A DNA stretch of 64,000 nucleotides, taken from a virus. Taxonomy: Duplodnaviria > Heunggongvirae > Uroviricota > Caudoviricetes. The notes beneath the pieces were generated by a model that saw only the letters and a list, made by a program, of their open reading frames with translations, searched no databases and had not been told where the DNA came from. Positions 38,786-45,400 of the stretch are shown in pieces (the stretch's first letter is position 1; every line of letters begins with the position of its first letter). The translations under genes and the position numbers were made by a program. The stretch lies in IMG/VR virus record IMGVR_UViG_3300010412_000010, positions 14,463 to 78,462 of that record. One strand, given 5' to 3'.

Positions 38786-40420
38786 ATGAGCAAAAAACGA
38801 CCAAATCATTGCGGAAAGCCGATGCATTTGCACGATACAAACAAACATGGTAGACAACGATACCGTTGTGCTGTTTGTAAAACGAGCATGATTGAGAACC
38901 GAAGCGAAGAGCATACTCATGGTTATGATGTTGATTTGGCCAATGACAATGCCAAGAAGATTCAGTTGCTTGTTAAGAAAAACAAGCACAATAAGTTCGT
39001 CATTACTTCCGCGATAAACAATACCGAGGCTTGGCAGGATTATCTGCTATCCCTACAGAAATATTGCGACCACAACAATGCAACTCTTATTATTGTTCCT
39101 GTTCCATACAAAAATGTAACCGCATTCTCCAGCAACAAAGAAAGAAAAAAGTGGTGGGATGATTCCATCGTTCCTTTCTTCGTTGACGATGACATCTATC
39201 TTGGTGGTAATATCATGCTCATGGCCGGTACCAGAATTGGTGCTACTATGGCCAATCCGTTGTCGGGGAAGGCCGCTATTGGTGGACACAGGTGGACTAT
39301 TTTTGCGCATCCGCAGTTGGCGTTGGAGCCGGTTGCTACTCCTATAAACACCATGCCAAAAAAGATGTATACGACTGGCGCGGTTACTGTTAAGAATTAT
39401 TCGCGAACAAACGAGGGCAAAAAGGCCGAGTTTCATCATGTGATGGGTGCAATTGTTGTTGAGACAATTGGTGATTCACATTCGTTTGTTCGTCAATTGA
39501 ATGCTGGTGATGATGGTAGTTTTTATGATTTGGAATATCACTACACCCCAAGAGGTGCCAAGAAATACGACCATATTGAAGTGTTGGCGCCTGGAGACGA
39601 ACATGCAAAGTTCGTGTTGGATTCTGTAAAGCGAGCCACATATTCAAATAGAGATAGTATCGTTAATACGCTAAAACCAAGAATGATTGTTCGAAATGAT
39701 ATTTTGGATGGGTATGCCGGAAGCCACCATCACGCGAAAGACCCGATGTTGCAATTCAAAAAGTTTCACAATGATGATGATAACTATCGGAAAGAACTTG
39801 ACCAGTGCGTCGCGTATGTGAATGAGACGACGCCGAATTATGCGGTTTCTGTTTTTGTTGCATCCAACCACCACGACCATTTAACAAAATGGCTTAATAC
39901 TGTCGACCCAAATAAAGACCACAAAAATGCACTATTAATATCGGAATTGAATGTTGCTGTAAGACAGGCGATTCTGGAAGATAGAGACTACGACCCATTC
40001 AGGTTGTATTTGGAACCAAGGCTGACATGCAAAAATAAGTTTTTGAGTCGGAATGAGCGGTTTGTTGTTGGTGAGGTTGATTACTCTCAACACGGCGATG
40101 TTGGGGTAAATGGCGCAAAAGGTAACGCGCGCGGTTTGGCAAACACATGCGCTAAGATGGTTATTGGGCATTCGCATGGCGCGAGAATCGTGAAAGGTGT
40201 GTATCAGACAGGAACCAGTACCGGAAGCTTGGAATATGAAAAGGGGTTGGGTGACCATTCCAACACACATTGCATCCAATACCCAAATGGCAAGCGATGT
40301 TTGATTGATATTATTGATGGGCAATGGCGACACACCAAACGAACCGAGACACAAAGAAAGAATAAAATCAAAAAAAAGACGATTGACAGGCGAAAAAAAG
40401 TCGCTACAATACATAAATAA
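38786..40420 (+). CDS. N-terminal zinc-ribbon protein with C-terminal calcineurin-like metallophosphoesterase-like motifs
   Basis: CGKPMHLH...RYRCAVCKT zinc ribbon; downstream APGDEH, ASNHHDH, IGHSHG motifs resemble MPE motifs I-V. Confidence 0.45.
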   Translation: MSKKRPNHCGKPMHLHDTNKHGRQRYRCAVCKTSMIENRSEEHTHGYDVDLANDNAKKIQLLVKKNKHNKFVITSAINNTEAWQDYLLSLQKYCDHNNATLIIVPVPYKNVTAFSSNKERKKWWDDSIVPFFVDDDIYLGGNIMLMAGTRIGATMANPLSGKAAIGGHRWTIFAHPQLALEPVATPINTMPKKMYTTGAVTVKNYSRTNEGKKAEFHHVMGAIVVETIGDSHSFVRQLNAGDDGSFYDLEYHYTPRGAKKYDHIEVLAPGDEHAKFVLDSVKRATYSNRDSIVNTLKPRMIVRNDILDGYAGSHHHAKDPMLQFKKFHNDDDNYRKELDQCVAYVNETTPNYAVSVFVASNHHDHLTKWLNTVDPNKDHKNALLISELNVAVRQAILEDRDYDPFRLYLEPRLTCKNKFLSRNERFVVGEVDYSQHGDVGVNGAKGNARGLANTCAKMVIGHSHGARIVKGVYQTGTSTGSLEYEKGLGDHSNTHCIQYPNGKRCLIDIIDGQWRHTKRTETQRKNKIKKKTIDRRKKVATIHK

Positions 40421-40431
40421 TTTTTGTTTGT

Positions 40432-40507
40432 GGGTAGGTAGCTCAGTAGGTAGAGCACTTGTTTGAAGCACAAGGTGTCGACAGTTCAATTCTGTCCCTG
40501 CCCACCA
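40432..40507 (+). tRNA. tRNA-Phe (GAA)
   Basis: Canonical D arm; anticodon arm cttgt-ttGAAgc-acaag; T arm gacag-ttcaatt-ctgtc; CCA. Confidence 0.8.
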
Positions 40508-40512
40508 ATTAT

Positions 40513-40589
40513 GTCGCTGTAGCTCAGTTGAATAGAGCAATTGCCTTCTAAGCAATCGGTCGTAGGTTTGAGTCCTACCAGCGACGCCA
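40513..40589 (+). tRNA. tRNA-Arg (TCT)
   Basis: Near-duplicate of the Arg(TCG) gene body; anticodon loop ctTCTaa; CCA. Confidence 0.8.
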
Positions 40590-40596
40590 TATTAAT

Positions 40597-40673
40597 GGGC
40601 AGGTGATGGAATTGGCATACATGTTGCGCTTAGAACGCAAATTTTAAGGGTTCGAGTCCCTTCTTGCCCACCA
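40597..40673 (+). tRNA. class-I tRNA with anticodon TAG (Leu codon CUA), irregular D arm
   Basis: Acceptor gggcagg/cttgccc; anticodon arm ttgcg-ctTAGaa-cgcaa; T arm aaggg-ttcgagt-ccctt; CCA; D stem poorly paired. Confidence 0.5.
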
Positions 40674-40690
40674 TTTATATCATCTATGTC

Positions 40691-40768
40691 GTCTAGTTGA
40701 TGGGAATTGGTATACCTCCTTTCCTCAAAAGTAAGGGCTTCTTGGTTCGAGTCCAAGACTAGACACCA
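40691..40768 (+). tRNA. tRNA-like gene with aberrant 11-nt anticodon loop (possible pseudo-tRNA)
   Basis: Perfect acceptor gtctagt/actagac and T arm cttgg-ttcgagt-ccaag with CCA, but anticodon stem tcctt/aaggg encloses tcctcaaaagt. Confidence 0.35.
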
Positions 40769-40772
40769 TTTT

Positions 40773-40850
40773 GGGCTGGTAGAGAATTGGAATATCGGTC
40801 AGACTTAAAATTTGGCGTCATTGTGGGTTCGATGCCCACCCAGCCTACCA
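40773..40850 (+). tRNA. class-I tRNA with anticodon TAA (Leu codon UUA), 7-nt variable loop
   Basis: Acceptor gggctgg/ccagcct; anticodon arm tcaga-ctTAAaa-tttgg (two G-U pairs); T arm gtggg-ttcgatg-cccac; CCA. Confidence 0.5.
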
Positions 40851-40880
40851 TTGTTGTTGTACTATTATTTGGAGATTTTT

Positions 40881-41282
40881 ATGAATGACAAACATGCTGA
40901 ACATGTAAATGTTGATGAAAAAGAGGCTGATGAACTTTCATATGAAGGCGGGCGAAGAAGCGCTCAATTTGTTGGCGGATTCAGACAGGCGATAAAAACT
41001 CAAACATATTACATGGGCGATTTGAATGCCCAAGCAAAATTGCTGGTTTCTCAGTTGGATGAATACAACATGCTTGCTTCATATCACGGTGCTCCAACTG
41101 TTGATGTGCGAAAGGCGTTGGTTTTTTTGGAAAATCGGGTTGCGCGGTTTTATGGATTGAAAAATAAATACAACGGTAACGGAAGTCTTCGTGAGCGAGT
41201 TGAGAGTGTGTTGTTGAAAAGTATTGACGAAGAAATCGAAAGAACACAGCAGGAAATGGCCGACATTGAGTCGGATGTTTGA
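40881..41282 (+). CDS. hypothetical protein
   Basis: ATG 40881 preceded by GGAG; the upstream in-frame extension would overlap a tRNA. Confidence 0.4.
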   Translation: MNDKHAEHVNVDEKEADELSYEGGRRSAQFVGGFRQAIKTQTYYMGDLNAQAKLLVSQLDEYNMLASYHGAPTVDVRKALVFLENRVARFYGLKNKYNGNGSLRERVESVLLKSIDEEIERTQQEMADIESDV

Positions 41283-41290
41283 AATAATTT

Positions 41291-41375
41291 GGGGGTTCGT
41301 CGGAGTGGGAGAGCCGAGTCGGACTGTAAATTCGATGTGAAAGCTGAGTAGGTTCGAATCCTACAGCCCCCACCA
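41291..41375 (+). tRNA. tRNA-Tyr (GTA)
   Basis: Type II, 85 nt; anticodon arm tcgga-ctGTAaa-ttcga; T arm gtagg-ttcgaat-cctac; CCA. Confidence 0.8.
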
Positions 41376-41390
41376 AAAAAGGTATATAGC

Positions 41391-41636
41391 ATGAACGAGT
41401 CGTTGATTGTTGACTTGGAAAAGGCGGTTAGGGTTGTTCATTCGTGCGATACGGAAGAACAATGCATGGTTGCTGCAAGATGGATTAGTAGATTCATTGA
41501 CAAATGCAAATTGCTCAATCTTGATTATAATGACAGGACATATGTTGATTTTTTTGTTTATTCTTTGCGAGACCAGTTGTCCGATAGAATCACGACATTT
41601 CGGATTAAAGCCGGACAAACAAATTTCTCCGAATAG
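41391..41636 (+). CDS. hypothetical protein
   Basis: 81-aa ORF between tRNAs. Confidence 0.35.
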   Translation: MNESLIVDLEKAVRVVHSCDTEEQCMVAARWISRFIDKCKLLNLDYNDRTYVDFFVYSLRDQLSDRITTFRIKAGQTNFSE

Positions 41637-41724
41637 GAAGCGTGGTAGAGTGGTTAATACAATGGATTGCTAATCCATGAACCTGTATGGGTTCCGACGG
41701 TTCGAATCCGTCCGCTTCCGCCAC
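41637..41724 (+). tRNA. tRNA-Ser (GCT)
   Basis: Type II, 88 nt; anticodon arm atgga-ttGCTaa-tccat; T arm cgacg-gttcgaat-ccgtc; G73; CCA. Confidence 0.8.
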
Positions 41725-41739
41725 ATAAATACAAATATG

Positions 41740-41813
41740 CGGGCTAGCCCAAGGTGGGTCACCGGCCTTCCAAGCCGTGTAGGGTGGGTTTCGATTACCC
41801 CAGTCCGCTCCAG
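41740..41813 (+). tRNA. tRNA-Gly (TCC)
   Basis: 74 nt; acceptor gcgggct/agtccgc resembles E. coli Gly2; anticodon loop ctTCCaa; short D arm; CCA. Confidence 0.65.
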
Positions 41814-41818
41814 TTTTG

Positions 41819-41894
41819 CCCGTGTAGCTCAGTTGTTAGAGCATCCCATTGGTATTGGGAAGGTCGTAGGTTAGACTCCTATCATGGGCACCAG
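41819..41894 (+). tRNA. tRNA-Thr (GGT), unusual T-loop (ttagact)
   Basis: Canonical D arm tagctcagttgttagagca; anticodon arm tccca-ttGGTat-tggga; CCA. Confidence 0.65.
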
Positions 41895-41899
41895 TTATG

Positions 41900-41976
41900 C
41901 GGGTATATCTCAGTTGGCTAGAGCGATTGCTTGCCAAGCAATAGGTCGTGAGTTCGAGTCTCACTACCCGCTCCAA
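41900..41976 (+). tRNA. tRNA-Gly (GCC)
   Basis: Anticodon arm attgc-ttGCCaa-gcaat; T arm gtgag-ttcgagt-ctcac; CCA. Confidence 0.8.
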
Positions 41977-41977
41977 A

Positions 41978-42811
41978 TCACCGATACATGATTGTAGTTT
42001 TCGCCTTATTGAATTTACCAGCACCACGACGAAGGTCTTTGATATTTTTATTCTTGTTTCTGTTTTTTGATGCGTTTGCTAAGTTAAAAATCTTCTTGCT
42101 GTATTCCAAGTCTCGTTTTTTGATGTCCGCGTCATAGTCTTTCAGTGAACGATATTTCGTGTAGATTTTGTGTGCTTCTTCTTTCCATGCCCATAGTTTT
42201 TTTGTCATCACCTGTACTTCTGCGATGATATCACCCACAACAATTTTGAAATGATGTGAGCCACGATAGCCATATTCTGGGTCTGCTTTTTCGTCTTTGT
42301 ATTCATATGATTGAACAACCGCGCGTTTTTTTAGACGCTTTACCACATCCAGCACATCGTGTTTTTCTGGAACAAGAATGGCACCACGCAACACATCGTG
42401 AATTTGTTTTGGGTCTTTTCCGCGATTAACCGCTTTGTCAATAAACGAATCGAGTGATTTGAAATCGACGAGAATTTTCGTGTTGTTTGGTGAAACTGCT
42501 TTCAATAGCCGCGAATATGTTTTTTCGGCTTCTAGTGCCTTTTCATGCGCTTGTAACCATGCGGATTCCGCAGACGAACGCCTTTCCTCTTCGGTGTCGC
42601 CACTAATTCCTTGCCATGGCTGATATCCCGCTAATCTGGCTGGGTCTGTTGATGTGCGCTGTGCTGCACCAGAAACTTCGTCCAGTTCATATTGTTCCAC
42701 GACATGTTCCACGGAGTCTAGCCCGACGATAAAGTCCAATTCCTCGGTCAAATCGAACATATCGGTCAATATTTTCTTATTAATATCAATTACTTGCGAT
42801 AATGATTTCAT
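41978..42811 (-). CDS. RelA/SpoT-homologue small alarmone synthetase (SAS / toxSAS-like nucleotidyltransferase)
   Basis: Synthetase motifs IHDVLRGAILV and GYRGSHHFKIVVGDIIAEVQVMTKKLWAWKEEAHKIY (compare GYRSLH...EVQIRT...W); start trimmed to ATG 42811. One of only two minus-strand genes. Confidence 0.7.
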   Translation of the reverse strand: MKSLSQVIDINKKILTDMFDLTEELDFIVGLDSVEHVVEQYELDEVSGAAQRTSTDPARLAGYQPWQGISGDTEEERRSSAESAWLQAHEKALEAEKTYSRLLKAVSPNNTKILVDFKSLDSFIDKAVNRGKDPKQIHDVLRGAILVPEKHDVLDVVKRLKKRAVVQSYEYKDEKADPEYGYRGSHHFKIVVGDIIAEVQVMTKKLWAWKEEAHKIYTKYRSLKDYDADIKKRDLEYSKKIFNLANASKNRNKNKNIKDLRRGAGKFNKAKTTIMYR

Positions 42812-42845
42812 TTTATTGTCTCGAATAAATACCAACGGTCTATTT

Positions 42846-42853
42846 TATTTATA
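42846..42853 (-). promoter_or_regulatory. T4-type late promoter motif TATAAATA on the minus strand, upstream of the SAS gene
   Basis: Reverse complement of tatttata at 42846-42853, about 35 nt upstream of the SAS ATG. Confidence 0.35.
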
Positions 42854-42855
42854 GG

Positions 42856-42884
42856 TTGACTTTATTAGAACTATTCTGTATATT
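42856..42884 (+). promoter_or_regulatory. sigma70-like promoter (TTGACT-17-TATATT) for the alarmone hydrolase gene
   Basis: Near-consensus -35 and -10 elements with a 17-bp spacer, about 25 nt upstream of the RBS GGAG and ATG 42909. Confidence 0.55.
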
Positions 42885-42908
42885 TATTCGTGGTTGTTGG
42901 AGAAAAAG

Positions 42909-43391
42909 ATGAATAAGTTGATTGGTTCAAATCTTGTGTTCGATGAGGCGATGTATCTTGCTGCCATAGCGCATAACGGAAGTGTTGATTTGGGTGGTGC
43001 GCCGTACATTCTTCACCCGATTCGCGTCGCGGCCAGTTTGTTGGTCGTTTGGCCGTATGATTACGAACTGGCCGCAATCGGGTTGTTGCATGATGTTGTT
43101 GAAGACACCAATATGACCTTTGAGGATTTGGAAAAAATTGGGTTTTCTCCCCGTGTTGTCGATGCTCTTCGTGCGTTGACCCACAAAAAAGGTGTTCCGT
43201 ATGATGCCTACATTGACGACCTGATTGCTACCAAGAACTGGTCTGCGATTGCGGTAAAACTGGCTGATTTGAAAGATAATGCCAATTTGAGCCGTCTTGG
43301 GAATAATGTTGGTGCCGCTGATATCAAGCGTACTGAGAAATATATTCGTGCGATTGCGAAAATCGAAGCATTGGATATTGTCGATATGTAA
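42909..43391 (+). CDS. HD-domain (p)ppGpp hydrolase (small alarmone hydrolase, SpoT/Mesh1-like)
   Basis: YILHPIRVAASLL...AAIGLLHDVVEDT...FSPRVVDALRALT matches the SpoT hydrolase HD signature (HP..VA.IL...AALLHDVIEDT). Confidence 0.8.
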   Translation: MNKLIGSNLVFDEAMYLAAIAHNGSVDLGGAPYILHPIRVAASLLVVWPYDYELAAIGLLHDVVEDTNMTFEDLEKIGFSPRVVDALRALTHKKGVPYDAYIDDLIATKNWSAIAVKLADLKDNANLSRLGNNVGAADIKRTEKYIRAIAKIEALDIVDM

Positions 43392-43421
43392 AAAAAAATC
43401 ATATTTGATGAAAAAAAACCA

Positions 43422-43450
43422 TTGACAATCGTATAAATAGCACTTAGAAT
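43422..43450 (+). promoter_or_regulatory. strong sigma70-like promoter (TTGACA-17-TAGAAT); a late motif TATAAATA is embedded in the spacer (43432-43439)
   Basis: Consensus -35 and near-consensus -10; no CDS follows for about 0.9 kb. Confidence 0.55.
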
Positions 43451-43457
43451 GTGCGAA

Positions 43458-44357
43458 TGTTTTTGGGGCATAGCCCAGATAACCAATCGTAAGGTTGGGA
43501 AAGGTGTGAAGTCAACATAACACCACCTTCGCAAGAAGGCCAATCTATGCAAGCCGAGGAAGTAGTACCTAGTGTGCCATGCATACTAGGAACGGATGAA
43601 ACAAGAGGTAAAAGTCAGTGCAATAATCAAAGACTGGCCAGCAAAGAATGGGGACATTTGATGCTACCTGTATCCAACTTGTGAACCGTATTTCCGAAGG
43701 GTAGGGTGGATAGTGAGAGTTTTAGCGGACAATTGCACCATCCAGTTTACGAGGTTGCTTTGTCATATCGACAAAGAATCTTGAAAAACGGTATGAGTAT
43801 TCTTAGCGGAAGAAAATACAGGGGGCGCGTTGTATTTTGTGGTTCAAAAGACCATGAAGCAACCGGAAGCGCGCGTCCTAGTTGATACGATATAGCCGAA
43901 TGGTACGGCATCAGCCTTCTAAGCTGACGATTGGTGGTTCGATTCCATCTATTGTTTACAAAAGCAAAGACGCTTCCGGTGTCAGATGAAAATGACTTAA
44001 GCCCGTGCGCGCAAGCGAACGCGGGAAGTCCAAGGCTCGCAAGGCTGCGGATTTTTAAGGTGTAGTTGCACGGAACCGAAGCACGGTTTGTAGCCCGCAA
44101 GGCTGACGGTAAACGAAACTTTGAGAAGTCTGGCACGACAAGAGAACCGCCACTCTTCAAAAAAGGCAGTCATGGAGAAATAGATATTTGGGCGAAAGCT
44201 GGGTATCTGGATAAGACTTTAACACTGGCAGCAACCAGTTGGTACGGAGTCGAAAGTTTCTTCAAGTGAGGGTGTAATCTCAGCCCAAACCAAATATTCG
44301 CATGGTGATTGGAAAACTGGATTACTGAATAGTACCGACAGTCACCAGCCGAATATT
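43458..44357 (+). ncRNA. promoter-driven structured non-coding region (candidate stable RNA(s); RNase P RNA-like motifs in 43981-44357)
   Basis: No plausible + strand ORF; multiple GNRA-type hairpins; contains a tRNA-like element. Motifs gggaagtccaaggctcgc, gacggtaaacg, cacgacaagagaaccgcc, agcccaaaccaaata and acagtcaccagccgaata resemble RNase P RNA conserved regions I, III, IV and V in the correct order. Confidence 0.3.
43886..43957 (+). tRNA. tRNA-like element (Arg TCT-type anticodon), no encoded CCA, 1:72 mismatch
   Basis: D arm gccg-aatggta-cggc; anticodon arm tcagc-ctTCTaa-gctga; T arm ggtgg-ttcgatt-ccatc; flanked by 10-bp inverted repeats accggaagcg (43862-71) and cgcttccggt (43971-80). 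Confidence 0.35.
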
Positions 44358-44358
44358 T

Positions 44359-44435
44359 GCCCTAGAAACTTTTAGTTGGATGAAGCAGTGCCTTGTAAGC
44401 ACTGGAAGCAGGTTCGATTCCTGACTGGGGCACCA
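44359..44435 (+). tRNA. tRNA-Thr (TGT)
   Basis: Acceptor gccctag/ctggggc; anticodon arm agtgc-ctTGTaa-gcact; T-loop ttcgatt; CCA. Confidence 0.7.
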
Positions 44436-44449
44436 ACTAAATAATATTG

Positions 44450-44528
44450 TGGTAGGTATATTTTAATTGGCGAAAAATCCGGAATGTGACTCCGGCCATT
44501 GTCGGTTCGAATCCGACTACCTACCCCA
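44450..44528 (+). tRNA. tRNA-His (GTG) with encoded G-1
   Basis: G-1 opposite C73; D arm tttt-aattggcg-aaaa; anticodon arm ccgga-atGTGac-tccgg; T arm gtcgg-ttcgaat-ccgac; CCA. Confidence 0.8.
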
Positions 44529-44534
44529 CAACTC

Positions 44535-44609
44535 CAGTCGGTAGCTCCAATGGTAGAGCGGCGGTCTCCAAAACCGCATGTTGTAGGTTCGAGTCCTACC
44601 CGGCTGGCC
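44535..44609 (+). tRNA. tRNA-Trp (CCA)
   Basis: Anticodon arm gcggt-ctCCAaa-accgc; T arm gtagg-ttcgagt-cctac; CCA. Confidence 0.8.
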
Positions 44610-44616
44610 AAATGAA

Positions 44617-44693
44617 TAGCCCCGTAGCTCAACTGGCTAGAGCATCGGCCTTTGAAGTCGTGTGTTATTGGTTCGAATCCAATCGGGGTTGCC
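44617..44693 (+). tRNA. tRNA-Gln (TTG)
   Basis: Canonical D arm; anticodon loop ctTTGaa (4-bp stem with a G-U pair); T arm attgg-ttcgaat-ccaat; CCA. Confidence 0.7.
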
Positions 44694-44698
44694 AGTTT

Positions 44699-44776
44699 TC
44701 GGGGTGTAGCACAGTCTGGCCAGTGCGCTTGCTTTGGGAGTAAGATGTCGGGAGTTCGAATCTCTCCACCCCGACC
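44699..44776 (+). tRNA. tRNA-Pro (TGG)
   Basis: Anticodon arm cttgc-ttTGGga-gtaag; T arm gggag-ttcgaat-ctctc; CCA. Confidence 0.8.
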
Positions 44777-44969
44777 AATTTGTTGTAACAGTAGTAATAG
44801 TATTGAGTGGAAATGAATGGTTTTTTCAGAACAGTCAAATACAAATCGTTGCGAACAATTGTCAGATATAACAATCTTGACAGCTATGCTCGTTCCGATT
44901 TGTATCATGTAATCGGAATATTTGTTGGTTCCGTTGCGTTGATTTGTCTTGCGTTTATGGTGTGATTTT

Positions 44970-45045
44970 GCGGGGTAGTTCAGTGGTCAGAATAGTTGGC
45001 TCATAACCAAAAGGCCGGTGGTTCGAATCCACCCTCCGCAACCAG
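44970..45045 (+). tRNA. tRNA with CAT anticodon (second Met, or Ile2 after lysidine modification)
   Basis: Acceptor tgcgggg/ctccgca; anticodon arm gttgg-ctCATaa-ccaaa; T arm ggtgg-ttcgaat-ccacc; CCA. Confidence 0.7.
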
Positions 45046-45092
45046 AATTGAAATGTTTGTCATGATTATGTTTAACTCATGAGGAAATTGAA

Positions 45093-45326
45093 ATGAAACA
45101 TCGTACCCTAGCAGAAATGCGAAATCTCGAAACCGAAACGAAGCGCGTCGAAGCTTATCTGAGCATTCGTAAGTGTGGTTTGACCAAACACGAAGCTGAA
45201 GACAAGTTGGAAGTGAACGACCTGAATTCTGCAATCCGCAACTTGAAGAAACAAGGCGTGAAGATTGTTGATGAGTGGGATGCCACTTCTGGTATTCGAA
45301 TGAAGCGTTATCGTATTGCTGCGTAA
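45093..45326 (+). CDS. small hypothetical protein (possible HTH/winged-helix)
   Basis: 77 aa, followed by a terminator. Confidence 0.35.
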   Translation: MKHRTLAEMRNLETETKRVEAYLSIRKCGLTKHEAEDKLEVNDLNSAIRNLKKQGVKIVDEWDATSGIRMKRYRIAA

Positions 45327-45347
45327 TCGCTGATTTTGGCACATGAA

Positions 45348-45379
45348 GCCCAGTTCAGTGATTTGGACTGGGCTTTTTT
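45348..45379 (+). terminator. rho-independent terminator
   Basis: Hairpin gcccagt...actgggc followed by a T-run. Confidence 0.7.
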
Positions 45380-45400
45380 GTTGATAAATAGTGATATGGG

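Noticed and set aside
38786-40420. IS/transposase interpretation based on the N-terminal zinc ribbon
   Set aside because: The rest of the protein carries metallophosphoesterase-like His/Asp motifs rather than a DDE or HUH catalytic core. No terminal inverted repeats or target-site duplications were seen.
42894-42908. Upstream extension of the hydrolase ORF (MLEKK...)
   Set aside because: The first codon in the ORF track is TTG. The ATG at 42909 has a GGAG RBS at the proper spacing.
43458-43980. tmRNA (standard or two-piece) hypothesis for the structured RNA
   Set aside because: There is no GGGGCUG-type 5' acceptor strand paired to a T-arm and CCA 3' end. There is no recognisable tag reading frame (ANDENYALAA-like) with a resume codon. 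The tRNA-like element has full D and anticodon arms, unlike a tmRNA tRNA-like domain.
43458-44357. Group I intron hypothesis
   Set aside because: Neither the embedded tRNA-like element nor the flanking tRNA-Thr is interrupted in its anticodon loop. No P7 or G-binding-site consensus was recognised.
44372-44908. 178-aa minus-strand ORF (and the shorter ORFs at 44486-44743 and 44665-44874)
   Set aside because: They cover five consecutive, well-folded + strand tRNA genes (Thr, His, Trp, Gln, Pro). Their amino-acid composition is biased and no start context is present.
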